Part shown: positions 8,061 to 17,239 of the stretch, piece after piece | Numbering within the stretch: position 1 is the first letter of the stretch | How the letters are laid out: every line of letters starts with the position of its first letter | Position numbers and translations under genes: made by a program | The notes under the pieces: model-generated | Seen by the model: the letters and a program-made list of their open reading frames with translations, nothing else | Told to the model about the DNA's origin: nothing | The model's database searches: none | Source: Spirochaetia bacterium | GTDB taxonomy: Bacteria > Spirochaetota > Spirochaetia > DSM-2461 | Assembly (NCBI GenBank): GCA_963666985.2 | Contig: CAXXIA010000002.1 | Coordinates: 2,816,001 to 2,880,000 of the forward strand | Direction: 5' to 3' | DNA length: 64,000 bases

Positions 8061-8876
8061 ATGCGCGTGTTTTTCATCGCGGAGATTGTCGGAAAAGCCG
8101 GTCATTTTACTCTGAAGGCCAACCTTGGTGATTTTATCAAGGAGAAAAAGGTCGATTTCGTGCTGGCCGACGCCAATGGGGCCACGGGCGGTTTCGGGTT
8201 GGGAAAGAACCACGCGCTCACTTTGCGCAAGAGGGGAATCCGCGTTCTGACCGGCGGGGAATGCATCTATTACAAGAAGGATATCGTCGAGTTTATGCCG
8301 AAGGCTTCGTGGATTCTGCGGCCGGCGAATCTGCCGCCCGGTATTCCGGGACGAGGATGGGGTGTTTATGATTCGCCCGCGGGAGAGATCGGCGTTATCT
8401 GCATGCTCGGTCAGTCCGGATTCACCCGTGTCCATGCGAACAATCCTTATACGTATCTGCCGGAGATCGTGAAAAAAATTCGGGAACGAACGAATACGAT
8501 TCTCCTTGTTTTTCATGCCCTGACCACGGCGGAGAAGCGAACGATGGGGTTCCATGCCGACGGGATGGTTTCGGCGATGCTCGGAACAGGCACCCGCTGT
8601 CAAAGCGCCGACGCAGAGCTTTTTCCCGGCGGTACCGCGTATATCACCGATGCCGGTCGGACAGGAAGCCGCGCTTGTGTGAATGGAATGGAGAATGAAA
8701 CGGAGATGCGAATTCTCCTGAGCCGGGTTCCCGAGAGGTCCAAAGACGGGTGGGGCGATCTCCGCATGCAGGGCGTGCTCATGGATATCGGCGAAGATGG
8801 AAAGGCAACGGCAATCGAGGCGATTGATTTGCCGAGCAGGGAGGAGCCGGATGATCCGTACGGCAAGGGTGGTTGA
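8061..8876 (+). CDS. ymdB: YmdB-family (TIGR00282) metallophosphoesterase, with divergent metal-binding motifs
   Basis: EIVGKAG, ILRPANLP..PGRG, FHALTTAEK, YITDAGRTG. Confidence 0.8.
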   Translation: MRVFFIAEIVGKAGHFTLKANLGDFIKEKKVDFVLADANGATGGFGLGKNHALTLRKRGIRVLTGGECIYYKKDIVEFMPKASWILRPANLPPGIPGRGWGVYDSPAGEIGVICMLGQSGFTRVHANNPYTYLPEIVKKIRERTNTILLVFHALTTAEKRTMGFHADGMVSAMLGTGTRCQSADAELFPGGTAYITDAGRTGSRACVNGMENETEMRILLSRVPERSKDGWGDLRMQGVLMDIGEDGKATAIEAIDLPSREEPDDPYGKGG

Positions 8877-9432
8877 TTTTCAGCCGAAGCTGAGGAAGCG
8901 GAATGATGCCGCTCCCGGCGGTATCTATGTTATGAACGACGATATCCCCTCGGCCAAGGCCGCTTCTTCAAGGCGCTTCTGGGGCGTGCGGGAGAGGGCG
9001 TACAAAGTTGCCGATCCGATGGGACTTTCTCCCAAACCGGGAGATACGGTGGAGATTTTTCTGCCGCCGGGACGAACGGTTCTCTCGGCGGCAATAACGT
9101 TCCTTCTTCCACTGGCTCTGTTCCCCGTGGGCTTCTCTTTGGCGGATCGGCTCTTTCCGGGTATGGGCGCTGATGCGGTGGAAGCCGTGAAGAGTGCGGC
9201 CGAATCGGCGGCCTCCGCGGCGTCCGCTTCCAATACGGCCGCTTCCGAGGGATTCTCCTTCTTGATCGGTTTCGGCTTTCTTTTGGCGGGAATCCCTTTC
9301 GGAGCCCTGCTTCGCAGGATTACGGGAAATGGAAACGCCGTTCCGCAGATTACACGGGTACTGACATCCGCGGAGGCCGTTCGGTGTTCGAAGGATGGTG
9401 CCGGCTGCGGGAGCTGTACGATCTGCGGTTAG
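8851..9432 (+). CDS. RseC/MucC-like membrane protein
   Basis: KPGDTVEI followed by FLLPLALF and two TM segments; C-terminal CGSCTIC. Confidence 0.5.
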   Translation: MIRTARVVDFQPKLRKRNDAAPGGIYVMNDDIPSAKAASSRRFWGVRERAYKVADPMGLSPKPGDTVEIFLPPGRTVLSAAITFLLPLALFPVGFSLADRLFPGMGADAVEAVKSAAESAASAASASNTAASEGFSFLIGFGFLLAGIPFGALLRRITGNGNAVPQITRVLTSAEAVRCSKDGAGCGSCTICG

Positions 9433-9480
9433 CTCTGTTTTTATCCGTCTTTCTTGGGGTTTGAAATTGAGGATTTCGGG

Positions 9481-10611
9481 TTAATCCTCGGCACCGGCTA
9501 TTTCGTTGATGGCTCCGGCCATATCTTCAAGCGCGACGACTTGAGTAATGTAATCATGCTCAATGGCCACTCGGGGCATACCGAAAACAACGGAACTTTC
9601 TTCGTCTTGGGCCAGAGTAATGCCGCCTTCGGCATATATGGAACCAATTTCCCTGGAGCCGTCTTTTCCCATGCCCGTCATGATGATGGCCAGAACCGCG
9701 TTGCCGTATTGTTTGGACACGGAAGAAAAAAGCACCCCCGCGGAGGGTTTGTGTCCGTTGACGTTTTCGCCGTCTTCGAGATGAATTACGGCCGCAAGCC
9801 TTCGTTTTTCAATGGTGACGTGCCTGTCTCCGGGTGCTATGAGAATGCGCCCGGGTTTGGCGATATCTCCCTCGGCGGCTTCTTTAACTTCCAGCGGACA
9901 GATTTTATTCAGGCTGTTGGCGAATTCGGCGGTGAATCCGGGCGGCATGTGCTGAACAACCACAATGGGAACCGCCAGGCTGGGCGATATATCGGCAAAG
10001 ACTTTCCTTAAAGCGTTCGGCCCGCCGGTGGAAATCCCAATGGCGATTATTTCCGGAGGAGCCGGTCCCCTTTTCGGGGTTAGTTTGGGCCAGCCGTCCG
10101 ATATGATTTTTCGCTCGGAAACAGCCGCCGGCGGTGCCTCCGCCGGAGTTCGCTTTCGGGATTCGATTTTTGTCGGAGCTCCCGTTTTTTTTGCCTTGGT
10201 TTTTCGGTAGGTGCTGCCGAAAGCTTTTACCATCTCGATGAGCTGACTTGCGGTTTCTTTGTTTCTGTCCGGAGTTTCTCCGGACGGTTTGGTAATAAAG
10301 TCGGCGGCGCCGAGTGAGAGGGCCTTCATGGTTACCGAGGCTCCTTTTTTTGCCACCGCCGAAAGGATGATAACAGGAACGTCCCAGCCGTTTTCTTTGC
10401 GTTTTTCTAAAAACCCGATGCCGTCCAGTTCCGGCATTTCCAAATCAAGGACAATAACGTCGGGCCGCAGGTTCTCGGTTTTGCGGAGGGCAAATCTCCC
10501 GTTCATTGCGACATCCGCGACTTCTATCTCTTCGTCCGATTCAAGCATTCGCCGGATGAGATTGCGCATCAAAGCCGAGTCGTCGACGATTAAGACAGAA
10601 ACGGGATCCAT
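9481..10611 (-). CDS. cheB: chemotaxis response regulator protein-glutamate methylesterase
   Basis: Receiver domain VLIVDDSALMR plus GISTGGP, VVVQHMP, IMTGMGKDG. Confidence 0.97.
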   Translation of the reverse strand: MDPVSVLIVDDSALMRNLIRRMLESDEEIEVADVAMNGRFALRKTENLRPDVIVLDLEMPELDGIGFLEKRKENGWDVPVIILSAVAKKGASVTMKALSLGAADFITKPSGETPDRNKETASQLIEMVKAFGSTYRKTKAKKTGAPTKIESRKRTPAEAPPAAVSERKIISDGWPKLTPKRGPAPPEIIAIGISTGGPNALRKVFADISPSLAVPIVVVQHMPPGFTAEFANSLNKICPLEVKEAAEGDIAKPGRILIAPGDRHVTIEKRRLAAVIHLEDGENVNGHKPSAGVLFSSVSKQYGNAVLAIIMTGMGKDGSREIGSIYAEGGITLAQDEESSVVFGMPRVAIEHDYITQVVALEDMAGAINEIAGAED

Positions 10612-10620
10612 CCGACCTCC

Positions 10621-11442
10621 TTATTTAATTACGCCTTTTCCGTAAATACAGGCCCAATCGGTTTTAACGAATTCGAATTTCGTTTCCATTCCGAACAGTG
10701 ATTCGGAATGCCCGATGAACAGAAAGGAGTGAGGCGCCATGGCGTTCCAGAAATGATCGATGACATTTTTCTGAGCGGCTTCGTCGAAGTAGATGAGAAC
10801 ATTGCGACAGAATATGATATCCAGATTCTTTAGGCCAGTGTCGAATTTCAGGTTGTGATAATCGAATTTAATAATTTTCTTGAGGGAATCTTTGATCCGG
10901 TATCCGTCGTCAACCGGATCGAAGTACTTTTTCAGGTAGTTCTCCGGTATACCGGTAATCCGTGAAGCGGGATAGAATCCCTCCTTGGCTTTCATTAAAG
11001 ATTTCAGACTCAGGTCCGAAGCTATAACCTCGATGGTCCAATCCGACGGAAGATACTCGCTGAGAACCATCGCGTTTGTATACGGTTCTTCTCCGGTTGA
11101 GCATCCGGCACTCCAGATGCGGATGATTTTTGATCCCGAGGCCGACTTCAGTTTCTTTAAATCCGGAATAACATAGTTAATGAAGGTATCGTAATGAGCC
11201 TGGTTCCGAAAAAAACGAGTCAGGTTTGTCGTAATGGCGTCCAGGAAGTTCTTTGTTTCTTCTCGATCTTTTTTGAGGAGGTCCAGATAGTCGGAAGGAG
11301 AGAAACCGTCCATGTTTCTCAGTCTTTCCTTAAGACGGCTCTCCAAGATGGATCTGTTGGATTCGGAAAAATGGATGCCGCTCTCGGAATAAATGTAATC
11401 CCGCATATTCTGAAACACTGCATCGCTTAAAAAATCGGACAT
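10621..11442 (-). CDS. cheR: chemotaxis methyltransferase
   Basis: TTNLTRFFR, IWSAGCSTGEEPY, IFCRNVLIYFD. Confidence 0.97.
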   Translation of the reverse strand: MSDFLSDAVFQNMRDYIYSESGIHFSESNRSILESRLKERLRNMDGFSPSDYLDLLKKDREETKNFLDAITTNLTRFFRNQAHYDTFINYVIPDLKKLKSASGSKIIRIWSAGCSTGEEPYTNAMVLSEYLPSDWTIEVIASDLSLKSLMKAKEGFYPASRITGIPENYLKKYFDPVDDGYRIKDSLKKIIKFDYHNLKFDTGLKNLDIIFCRNVLIYFDEAAQKNVIDHFWNAMAPHSFLFIGHSESLFGMETKFEFVKTDWACIYGKGVIK

Positions 11443-11471
11443 ATTTAATTCATCCTATTATGTATTATTAA

Positions 11472-11500
11472 AGTCTAGGTTGGCCTTATAAGGGTGTCAA
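11472..11500 (-). promoter_or_regulatory. sigma70-type promoter for cheR-cheB
   Basis: TTGACA-N17-TAGACT on the minus strand. Confidence 0.55.
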
Positions 11501-11587
11501 CAACATCTGATGTTTCCGGGAAATTATGCCCGATACGCCGAGAAAAGAGTCCTGTTTTACGGTATCGATGCGATATAATTTCAGTTG

Positions 11588-12076
11588 ATGTCCTCATTAC
11601 GAAATATCTATAACCTCCATGTCGTCGGAGTGGCTTTGACGGGACGCGATGGATTCCCGGTTGTTGTCTTTCAAGATACCGAGAGGGAGAATTTCCTTTC
11701 CCTGCCGACCGATCCTTTCGAAGCCGAGTTTATAATCCGCGAATTTATCGGTGAAGGGGAAGACTCCGCCGTGAGCTGGCTGGCCGAAATCATCGGCGGA
11801 AAATCTCTCCGGCAAGCCGTTCTGGAAATCGGCGCCGACAATCGCCCCGCAGTCCGCTTTTTCTTCGGCGGACTGAAAACACCCTCCGAAAGGGTTCTGC
11901 CTTTGGGTGAGGGGCTGGGTTTGTGCCGGAGGCTTCGTCTGCGGCTCTCCGCCGAATCGGATATATTTGAATTATTCCGCGACGAATTGGCTTTTCTCTG
12001 CAAGGGAAATGCGTTTCGAGAGAATTTTCTCTACTTGACCCCGCCGCTCTATGCGCCCACGATAGCCGTGGAATAA
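11588..12076 (+). CDS. divergent bifunctional-nuclease (DUF151)-like protein
   Basis: FPVVVFQD...LSLPTDPFEAEFI resembles the DUF151 N-terminus. Confidence 0.5.
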   Translation: MSSLRNIYNLHVVGVALTGRDGFPVVVFQDTERENFLSLPTDPFEAEFIIREFIGEGEDSAVSWLAEIIGGKSLRQAVLEIGADNRPAVRFFFGGLKTPSERVLPLGEGLGLCRRLRLRLSAESDIFELFRDELAFLCKGNAFRENFLYLTPPLYAPTIAVE

Positions 12077-12139
12077 TCGCTCGGGACTATGTTTTTCAGC
12101 TTAAGCCCGCGCGGATATCACTGAAGGAATATTGCTCAC

Positions 12140-12961
12140 ATGAAAATACAAGCTCTCTCCGGAAGGAATGTTTGGATTACCGGTGCCTCCTCCGGTATCG
12201 GACTTGAAATGTCTCTGCTGGCCGCGGAAGCCGGTGCTCATTTGACGTTGTTCTCATCAAGACGGGAAGCCCTGGCCGAAGCGGCCCGTCTTTGCCAGGT
12301 GAAAGGTGCCGCCTCGGTTTTTTTTGAAGCGGTTGATCTCTCCGAAGCCGAATCGGCCGCCGCCGTCTCCAGGAAGGTTTTGGAATCCTCCGGAACGCCG
12401 GACTATCTTATTCTGAATGCCGGAATTTCACAGCGCTCTCCGGCCGCTCTGACGGACATGGCGGTGGTTCGGAAGATTATGAATCTGAATTTTTTCGCTG
12501 CCGTCGCCATGACCCGGGAAGTTCTTCCGTCCATGGCGGAAAAAGGTTTCGGGCGAATCGGCGTTACCAGCAGTCTAACGGGTGTTTTCGGATATCCTCT
12601 GCGCTCGGCGTATGCGGCCAGCAAGCACGCCCTGCACGGGTATTTCGAATCCGTTGCCCTGGAATACGCTTCGTCGGGGATCAAAACAACCTTGGCGGTT
12701 TTAGGTCCGATCAACACACCGATCAGTCTGAATTCTCTTACCGGAGACGGCGGCCGGCACGGAAAAATGGACGCGAATCAGGAGAAGGGCATGGATGCCC
12801 GGATCTGCGCCGAAAAATATTGGAACGCCGTTATCCGGGGCCGCTGGGAAACGGTTATCGGCGGATTTAAAACGATCATGCTGTTCTTTTACCGAAATCT
12901 GCCCTTTCTTTATCGATTTATCGGAAAGAGAATTAGCCCCACCGGAAACCGACGCCCTTGA
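12140..12961 (+). CDS. short-chain dehydrogenase/reductase; candidate 3-ketocapnine reductase
   Basis: WITGASSGIG, NAGISQRS, YAASK; the specific role is inferred from context only. Confidence 0.85.
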   Translation: MKIQALSGRNVWITGASSGIGLEMSLLAAEAGAHLTLFSSRREALAEAARLCQVKGAASVFFEAVDLSEAESAAAVSRKVLESSGTPDYLILNAGISQRSPAALTDMAVVRKIMNLNFFAAVAMTREVLPSMAEKGFGRIGVTSSLTGVFGYPLRSAYAASKHALHGYFESVALEYASSGIKTTLAVLGPINTPISLNSLTGDGGRHGKMDANQEKGMDARICAEKYWNAVIRGRWETVIGGFKTIMLFFYRNLPFLYRFIGKRISPTGNRRP

Positions 12962-13131
12962 GTAAGCGGTATTCTTAAGGGGGGCGAATTTCAGATTCGC
13001 TCTTCCCTTACACGACAAACACAGGTAAACTGTCAACGAAAAATTTCACGCTTCTTCGGTGGACTCGTCTTGCACGGGCGAACTGGGGTTGACGGGCACA
13101 AAGGACGCTCTTTAAGAAGCAATTCCTACAT

Positions 13132-14013
13132 ATGGATCAACTCTCGCAACTTGAAAGCCTTGGCGTTCACATCCTGCGTGAGGCTTACGCCAATTTCCGG
13201 AATTTGTGCATGCTGTGGTCCATCGGCAAGGATTCGACTGTCCTCCTCTGGCTGGCTCGTAAAGCTTTCTACGGACATGTTCCCTTTCCGCTGGTGCACA
13301 TCGACACGCATTACAAAATTCCTGAAATGATTGAATACCGGGACAGACTGACACGGGAGTGGAAGCTTCCGATGGTCTACGGGGAGAATAAGGCGGCTTT
13401 GGAAGCCAAGCAGACATATCCCGACGGCAACGTCGACAGGATTAACTGCTGCCGGCTCTTGAAAGCCGAGGCGCTGAAGAACACTCTCAACGGATCCTGG
13501 CCGCGGTATCGGTTCAACCATGAGGCCGATGAGTATCAGGTGGACAAAGATACGGAGGCGTACACCGGCGTTATCGTCGGAGTTCGATCCGACGAGGAGG
13601 GTTCCCGTTCCAAGGAACGCTACTTCTCGCCCCGTGATACCGAAAATGCCTGGGATGTGGGTGATCAGCCTCCGGAATTCTGGAATCAGTTTAAAACCGA
13701 CTTCGCGCCGGGAACGCATGTCCGCATTCATCCTTTATTGGACTGGACCGAAACGAACATCTGGGAGTACATCGAACGGGAAGGGATTCCGACGGTGTCA
13801 CTGTACTACGACCAGGGCGAAGGCATTCGTTATCGTTCCCTGGGGTGCGGTCCCTGCACGCATCCGGTTGAGTCCGACGCGAAAAACGTCCGGGACATCA
13901 TCGTTGAACTTCAATCCGGCAAGTTCGCGAATATCGCGGAGCGATCCGGCCGGGCACAGGACAAAGAAGACGGCGGCGGATTGGAAACGCTGCGGCGCGA
14001 GGGGTACATGTAA
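13132..14013 (+). CDS. cysD: sulfate adenylyltransferase subunit 2
   Basis: [43 protein letters not shown], ending REGYM. Confidence 0.96.
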   Translation: MDQLSQLESLGVHILREAYANFRNLCMLWSIGKDSTVLLWLARKAFYGHVPFPLVHIDTHYKIPEMIEYRDRLTREWKLPMVYGENKAALEAKQTYPDGNVDRINCCRLLKAEALKNTLNGSWPRYRFNHEADEYQVDKDTEAYTGVIVGVRSDEEGSRSKERYFSPRDTENAWDVGDQPPEFWNQFKTDFAPGTHVRIHPLLDWTETNIWEYIEREGIPTVSLYYDQGEGIRYRSLGCGPCTHPVESDAKNVRDIIVELQSGKFANIAERSGRAQDKEDGGGLETLRREGYM

Positions 14014-15839
14014 TGAGTGGCCCCAACGGAAAAAAAATGTCTTCACTTGAGCACATGAACGTCGTGATTACCGGTCATGTGGATCATGGGAAGAGTACGG
14101 TTATCGGCCGGCTTATGGCCGATACGGGAAGCCTGCCGGAAGGTAAACTGGATCAGGTGAAAGCTTCCTGCGCCAGAAACTCGAAACCCTTCGAATACGC
14201 ATTCCTTTTGGACGCTCTCAAGGACGAACAGAGCCAGGGAATTACGATCGACTCGGCGAGAGTCTTTTTCAAAACAAAGAAGCGTCATTACATCATCATC
14301 GACGCCCCGGGGCATATCGAGTTTCTCAAGAACATGGTGACCGGCGCGGCGCGGGCCGAAGCCGCATTTCTCACGATTGATGCCGCCGAAGGCGTTCAGG
14401 AAAACTCCCGCCGTCACGGTTATCTGCTTTCCATGCTGGGCATCAAGCAGATGTGCGTGCTGGTGAATAAGATGGATTTGGTGGACTACGATCAGAAGGT
14501 CTACAAGTCCGTGGTGCGCAAATACACCCGCTTTCTGAAGAACATCAACATGGAAAACGTGAAGTTCATTCCCGTATCGGGCATGGAAGGCGACAACATC
14601 GCCTCGATGAGTAAAAACATGCCGTGGTGGAAGGGCGATACGGTGCTCACCCTGATTGATAAGTTCAAGAAGGAAAAGGCGCCGGTTGATCTGCCGTTCC
14701 GCATGCCGGTACAGGACGTGTACAAATTTACGGCCATGGGAGACAGCCGCCGGATTATCGCCGGAACCATATCAACCGGAACCTTGAAGCTTGGGGACGA
14801 GCTGGTTTTTTATCCTTCGGGAAAGAAAAGCAAGGTTGCCGGAATAGAACAATTTAACGGTGATCCTCCGGAAACCGTGCCCTCGGGGGCGGCCACCGGA
14901 TTCACCATGAGTGAGCAGATTTACACCAAGCGGGGCGACCTTGTCGTCCGCGCGGGAGAAAAGCCGCCGCAGACGGGCAATGTGATGCGCGTGAATCTGT
15001 TCTGGCTGGGAAGGGAGCCTTTCGTTAGGGATAAAGAATATATCCTGAAAACCGGAACCGAACGCGTTCGGATGAAGCTGTTCGACACGATAAAGGTTAT
15101 AGACGCATCGAATCTGAATTCGGACGGAATGAAGAAAATGGTCGAGCGTCATGATGTCGCCGATTGCGTTCTTTCCACCAAAAGACCCATTGCCTTCGAT
15201 TTGGTTGAAGATTTTCCTCAAACCAGCCGTTTCGTCATCGTGGACGGATACGAGATTGCCGGCGGCGGCATTATCCGCGAGGTGATTCGCGATAATAAGG
15301 CCAATTACCGGGACCGGGTAATGGACCGGAATCTGAAATGGGACACCAGCGATATCCCGCGTGAAAGCCGATCGGAAACATACGGCCATGCCCCGTCACT
15401 CATATTGGTCGGAGGGCCGGAAGATAAACGGAAGGCCGCCTTTGCCAAAACCATCGAGAAAAAAATGTTCGCCGAAGGGAATAAAGTTTACTACTTGGGC
15501 GTGCAGAATGTTTTGGCCGGTTTGGATTCCGATATGGAAATCAAAAGGCACCAAACCTATCCCGAGGACAGAGAAGAAATGGTTCGGCATCTTGCCGAGC
15601 TGGCGAACATTCTTCTGGATGCGGGAATCATTCTTGTCGCGACGGTTTCCGGACTTACATACGACGAACAGGAAATGTTCCGTACTTCCGTTTCGCCCGA
15701 AACGGTTCGAACCGTTTGGGTTGGCAATACGGACGGATTGGAAGTGGAGGCCGACTACGTTATTACGGATGTCGGAGAGGCTTCGGAGCATCTGGAATCC
15801 GTCATGAAGATGCTGAAGACAAAGGGGATAGGGAAATGA
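14013..15839 (+). CDS. cysN: sulfate adenylyltransferase subunit 1 fused to a degenerate APS-kinase-like domain
   Basis: GHVDHGKST, QGITID, DAPGH, NKMD; the C-terminal CysC-like region lacks the P-loop. Confidence 0.93.
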   Translation: MSGPNGKKMSSLEHMNVVITGHVDHGKSTVIGRLMADTGSLPEGKLDQVKASCARNSKPFEYAFLLDALKDEQSQGITIDSARVFFKTKKRHYIIIDAPGHIEFLKNMVTGAARAEAAFLTIDAAEGVQENSRRHGYLLSMLGIKQMCVLVNKMDLVDYDQKVYKSVVRKYTRFLKNINMENVKFIPVSGMEGDNIASMSKNMPWWKGDTVLTLIDKFKKEKAPVDLPFRMPVQDVYKFTAMGDSRRIIAGTISTGTLKLGDELVFYPSGKKSKVAGIEQFNGDPPETVPSGAATGFTMSEQIYTKRGDLVVRAGEKPPQTGNVMRVNLFWLGREPFVRDKEYILKTGTERVRMKLFDTIKVIDASNLNSDGMKKMVERHDVADCVLSTKRPIAFDLVEDFPQTSRFVIVDGYEIAGGGIIREVIRDNKANYRDRVMDRNLKWDTSDIPRESRSETYGHAPSLILVGGPEDKRKAAFAKTIEKKMFAEGNKVYYLGVQNVLAGLDSDMEIKRHQTYPEDREEMVRHLAELANILLDAGIILVATVSGLTYDEQEMFRTSVSPETVRTVWVGNTDGLEVEADYVITDVGEASEHLESVMKMLKTKGIGK

Positions 15840-17128
15840 GTTTCATGCCTACCGAATACAGCCTTGTTTCCGTTGCCTCAGGTTCGCGAAGAGCCGATGA
15901 AGGCGGATGGACCCTGGATTTCCCCAACGAGGCTCCTTCACTGATACGGGCCGAGTATGCTCAAAAGAAGCTGAAGCTTCGGGACGATCTGGGAGGTCTT
16001 TATCGATTCGCCGATTGGCTGCCCATTCGGAGAATCCTTGAGGGATCGGCCGCGCCGGTGACCTACCGTTCCGAGGGATTGGGCGAAGAACTCGGGCTTA
16101 AAAATCTTTGGATAACCTTTAACGGCTGGTGGCCGGAAAAGGGTGCCGGCATGCAAACGGGAACGTTTAAGGAATGCGAGGCCTACAGCGTCTGTGCCCG
16201 AATGAGCGAAGACTTCGGGAAAATCCTTGTCGTGGCGTCGGCCGGGAATACGGCCCGGGCATTCGCCCGCGTCTGCTCGGACAATCACATACCTCTGCTT
16301 CTCTTTGTTCCCGAGGATAATTTAAACGCCATGTGGTTCCATACGCCTCTTCATGACTGCGTGAAATTGATTTCTCCCGAGTCCGGAGGCGATTACTTCG
16401 ATGCCATACATATGTCGAACATGGCGGTTGCCGGAAGCGGCCGCTTCATCGCCGAAGGAGGCGTGAAGAATGTGGCCCGCCGGGACGGTATGGGAACTAC
16501 GGTTCTTTCGGCGGCAACAACGATAGGCCGAATCCCCGACTTTTATTTTCAGGCGGTCGGCAGCGGTACGGGCGCCATCGCGGCCTGGGAGGCGGCAATC
16601 CGTTTGGAGGCCGACGGAAGTTACGGCCCGAATCGAATGAAGCTCATGGTAAGTCAGAACGCTCCCTTTGTTCCCATGCGGGACAGTTGGAAGGCCGACT
16701 CACGGGAATTCTTGATTGCCGATGATGATGCGGCGCGATCTCAAGTGGCCGAGGTGAATGCCAAGGTTCTTACCAACCGCCGTCCTCCCTGGAGCATTCC
16801 GGGCGGACTCTATGATGCCTTAAAGGCCGCCGGCGGAGAGGTTTTTGGGGCTTCCAACGAGGAAGCTTCCCGGGCCGCCGAACGGTTTTTACAGCTGGAA
16901 GGGAACGATATCAGTCCGGCCGCGGCCGTCGCGGTTGCGTCTTTATTTCAAGCGGTTAAGGAGAAATCCGTTTCCTCCGAGGACTGTGTGATGCTCAATA
17001 TCACAGGCGGCGGCATGGAGCGGTTCAAGTCCGAAAATGAAATTCATATCGCCGAGCCCTCGGCCGTTTTGAAGCTTGATGCTTCGGATGATGAAATCGT
17101 AAAAGTTTCGGAGAGCCTTTTTCCGTAA
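15836..17128 (+). CDS. cysteate synthase (PLP, threonine-synthase family)
   Basis: TGTFKECEA (PLP Lys), ASAGNTARAF, EGGVKNVARRDGMGT, YFQAVGSGTG, LNITGGG; ATGA-coupled to cysN. Confidence 0.88.
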   Translation: MSFMPTEYSLVSVASGSRRADEGGWTLDFPNEAPSLIRAEYAQKKLKLRDDLGGLYRFADWLPIRRILEGSAAPVTYRSEGLGEELGLKNLWITFNGWWPEKGAGMQTGTFKECEAYSVCARMSEDFGKILVVASAGNTARAFARVCSDNHIPLLLFVPEDNLNAMWFHTPLHDCVKLISPESGGDYFDAIHMSNMAVAGSGRFIAEGGVKNVARRDGMGTTVLSAATTIGRIPDFYFQAVGSGTGAIAAWEAAIRLEADGSYGPNRMKLMVSQNAPFVPMRDSWKADSREFLIADDDAARSQVAEVNAKVLTNRRPPWSIPGGLYDALKAAGGEVFGASNEEASRAAERFLQLEGNDISPAAAVAVASLFQAVKEKSVSSEDCVMLNITGGGMERFKSENEIHIAEPSAVLKLDASDDEIVKVSESLFP

Positions 17129-17239
17129 GAGGCTGCCGGCCTAACACTGCCGGTAATAACGATTTTCCGGCGGACTCAAGGAGTCCGGTATATATACGGC
17201 GGTTTTGGAAAGCCGCTTCAGTTTAAGGAGAATAACAAT

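Noticed and set aside
14013..15839. Translation factor (EF-Tu/SelB)
   Set aside because: The GTPase motifs are shared with CysN; coupling to cysD and the CysC-like tail identify it as CysN.
15836..17128. Threonine synthase, or coenzyme M biosynthesis
   Set aside because: Motifs and linkage to cysDN fit cysteate synthase; the next gene is an oxoamine synthase, and no sulfopyruvate decarboxylase or thr genes are in the window.
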